Source: Trichoplax sp. H2 (taxonomy: Eukaryota). Taken from it: 46,415 bases of DNA. The stretch is from the NCBI GenBank assembly GCA_003344405.1, contig NOWV01000170.1:124001-170415 (forward strand), read 5' to 3'. Below, piece after piece: positions 43,250-46,415 of this stretch; the stretch's first letter is position 1; each line of letters starts with the position of its first letter. The position numbers and the translations under genes are program-made. The notes beneath the pieces were generated by a model. The model was not told the origin of the DNA. It ran no database searches and saw nothing but the letters and a program-made list of their open reading frames with translations.

Positions 43250-45379
43250 AGAAAAGTGCACATATTCAAGAATTCGACGCTGTCTTCAGTTAAATAACAG
43301 CTTGGATGCAACCATTAGAGGTTATCATGTGGTTAAAGGCCTTTATCGTTACTTAAGAGTTAATTCCTGATTCCTTGATTGTGTACGTGAAGAGGTCACT
43401 TACGCAGTTCTAAACTCGGAAAGTGATACCTTCAGCTAACTACATCAACAGTAATAATAACTATACTCAAGTTATAGTGCGACTTTGTGTCGCCTTAAAT
43501 TTATGCATCTACCAGTATACTGTATATCTGTACTTATCTACATATAAGTGTAAAAAATTTTAGATGAAGAGAAATTATTTCTATAACTGTCTACTATTAC
43601 TAACTTAATTTCACTAGAGAGAAGTAGTCATTTAAAACTGAATGAGACCCGCACTTATTCAATGGTGACACATGCGTATTTACACTACAATACGATAATG
43701 ATAATTCGTTGTTATTACCGTATATGTATAAATATAATTTAATTATGTTGCTATGATAATGCAAGTCTTAATAAAATGTTATTGTCATACAGCTTTAACG
43801 AAATATTGTCAGGAGTGATTTCGATTTTGAGATGAACTGTACTAATATTCGAAATGTAAAGCGAAGATCTTTATGGGTGACTTCAATTCAGCGCCTTGGC
43901 ATAGTTCTACATTCAGAATTTGCATATAATGCAAGAATATTATCAAGATGTTATTGTATTGTAAGAAGAGATATTACTGTAATAAGTTCAATTCGTATCC
44001 TCCTGATTTCCAAGTGGTACGAACGGTAGCTGTCGAGACTACTTAATTTAGGATTTATAATGAAGCATTACTATCAGGATTTTGAACAGAAGATTGGAGC
44101 CTCTTCTTAAATATTTCCGTAATTAAGCCGATAAAGTGTCTGGTAGGGCATCAACGTTACCGGAAGGTATACCCTCCAAAATCACTTAGCAACATTCAAG
44201 AAATCACTTGACTAGTGTAACCCTCCAAGGCTATGTTATTTTTTCTCGTATCTATTAGTACAGTATGTATAAATGTAGTTGGTATCGATGAAATCAAGCG
44301 ATTAAAAGTTTACCATTTGTTGCTTAAGGAAATGAGCGTTATGTTCAAATTTCTTTCATAGCAGTTAATAAAGCCGTTTCTCTCAGCAGCTGAGGTGTCT
44401 GTGATCTGTATATACCAGTGTTTACTTATATAAATTATGAATTGTGAGGTGAACTAATTGTATGGTATGAATGTTGATTTCCATAACCAAAACGTTGTAA
44501 TTCATTTTTTTTAATCCATGACGTAACTCACTGTAATGCCTCGTACAGTACTGTACTGTACAACGGTACAGGCTCAAGGTTGAGGATGGACGGGGGGTGC
44601 TATTTTGGATGAAAACAAATTAAGAAGAATTTTTCTTTATTTAGCCAATTTTATATTAGACGATGGAGAATGAGTCAATTTCCACGAATCTGTTGTTCAA
44701 ATTGACGTACGATCGATCTAATTATTAGTCCATTAAAGTATGGGCTGCTACAGTATAGTACAAAATAAAATTTTAGCTTTTGAACGTTTTTGGGGCTCTG
44801 TGTCAGTGACTGCCATGGATAGGAAATGGAATAAAGATTGGTAGCAAAACGAGGAGGGGAAAGAAAAAGGGACCATGTGTTAGTAAAGAGTATCTAGGGC
44901 CAGTATCTATACAGTAGAAAATAACCTACGCATACAGCGTATGGCCCTTAACCTAGAGGCATGTGATGTATAAGTACTATGAGTATTATGGCTTGAATTA
45001 CTACAGCAAAAGGAAATTTCTCGCGACTATCAATCAATGCCATAGCACAAATGTCCTTTACCAAGGGAGATGCTTACGGGTATAAAGTGCTCTCGTTCTA
45101 CCGTGGACGCTTAGAAGGACTCTTATACAGTTTGAATGAAATTTGACGCAGTGCAGTCCTTAACGTTTGTCAGTATCCATTCATTGATCTCTACAATTTT
45201 TTATACTATTCAATTACTGCAATGTTTGGAATATTTTTTTAAGCGTTATAGGTTCGAGTGGACACATGTCAATATATCGCAATATTATCCTATGTCAATG
45301 ATAAATTGCTAAAAGCATAAATACTGTCCACCCTTCCTGCTGTCCATGCTGGTGAAGATGGTACAGTACCGTTATGGCT

Positions 45380-45815
45380 ATATTCAATCTGCAGTACAGT
45401 ACAGTACAGTACTGCAGATTGCAAACCCAATTGTCATCCCCTGAGTACAGTACTGTAGAGTACAGTACAAACCAAACTCGCTACAGTACTGTACTGTACT
45501 GTAAAGGGTGTACTGTACTGTACTGTACAGTACATAATACGACATTCTACAGTACAGTACTGTACAGTGTACACGTGATACTGTACTGTAACCACGTGGT
45601 ACTGTGCACTATTGTACTGTATGCACTATGTGTCGTACAGGACCACGTACAGTACAGCGCACGGTGTGCACCAGTGGCATGCGCTGTCATGTTACAGTAC
45701 TGTACTGTACCGTCTACAGTGTACAGCACTGTAAAAGTTACAGTACCCTGGACTCTAGGATTTTTCTTCCCCTACTGTACCCCATAGTACCAGTAGAGTA
45801 CCAGTAGAGTACCAG
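45380..45815. repeat. Degenerate TACTG/CAGTA pentamer-rich tract
   Basis: Dense runs such as TACAGTACTGTACTGTACTGTA and CAGTACAGTACAGTACAGTACTG in both orientations. Confidence 0.85.
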
Positions 45816-45906
45816 TTCCATCTTTCTTGATACTGAAGTGATACAAGCTACAAGAACACCACTGCACTGTGTCATAACTCCACCAGTCTTGAACATTTTC
45901 ACAAAA

Positions 45907-46026
45907 ATGGCGCTTCCTATTCAAAGTGGACGCGGCTTGCCTGTTGCAGCAGCACAAAGTGGCAAATTCAATGATCGAAGGCAAACAGTTTATCAACAAT
46001 CTCAGGCCATGCAGTATAATGTTCGA
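45907..46026 (+). CDS. Probable first coding exon of an unidentified gene that continues beyond the window
   Basis: AAAAATGG start context; 40 open codons MALPIQSGRGLPVAAAQSGKFNDRRQTVYQQSQAMQYNVR; donor CGA|GTAAGT in phase 0; preceded by a promoter-type TACTG tract. Confidence 0.6.
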
Positions 46027-46415
46027 GTAAGTCTGTAATGAATAGATTGAATTGGGGTTGGCCGCTTACAGCCATTTTGAGTTGTATTTTCAATGGTCAA
46101 GTAATATCCAAGTACTCTAGTATAGGCATGTCAGATTGGCAGAACAATAAAGTAAAAGTAGTTCCACTAGCTTTTACTTATGCTGATGTCAATAGTGAAG
46201 AACTTTGCTGCCTCCATTGACAGCCTACTTACATTAACTGTAATGAACTACAGATAGTCAAAGGTGAGACGAAAATGGACCCGTTTTTACTAAAAAAATT
46301 ATACTATCGTTAAGGCACATTACGGCTGGTGTAGGCTTGCGTACACCATCTTTCAAGTCTAATTGAAATGAGTGAGAATGAATCTTGCTGATGTTTAATT
46401 CATTGAACCAATTCT

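Noticed and set aside
44362..44457. Candidate last exon of TMEM106
   Set aside because: Every acceptor gives a stop within two codons in the required phase; exon 43126-43249 supplies the conserved FIDC motif.
45251..45261. GGTTCGA, tRNA T-loop/B-box-like
   Set aside because: No T stem, A box or cloverleaf around it.

Overview
AT-rich, intron-dense animal genomic DNA with mostly ~80-150 bp introns. The compactness suggests a placozoan (Trichoplax-like) or similar early-branching animal; this is inference, not an identification. Manual splicing gives six recognisable genes: CFAP69 (+, 5' end outside the window, 29 exons seen), DBF4 (+), a spartin/SPG20-like MIT + Senescence-domain gene (-, 14 exons, ~555 aa), ARL5 (+), mitochondrial ATP synthase beta (-) and TMEM106 (+). 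The first exon of a seventh, unidentified gene starts at 45907. Most ORFs in the supplied track are exon fragments or repeat read-through. Notable points: (1) two U12-type (minor spliceosome) introns, in CFAP69 and DBF4; (2) a spartin-like protein lacking the usual central region; (3) seven tandem MiT/TFE CLEAR/M-box-type sites (GTCATGTGAC) between the divergent spartin-like and ARL5 genes, plus one in the TMEM106 promoter; (4) locus-specific tandem arrays and TACTG/CAGTA tracts concentrated upstream of gene starts; (5) five genes whose human homologues lie mainly on the HOX-bearing chromosomes. No prokaryotic systems, CRISPR arrays, tRNA, rRNA or transposase were found.
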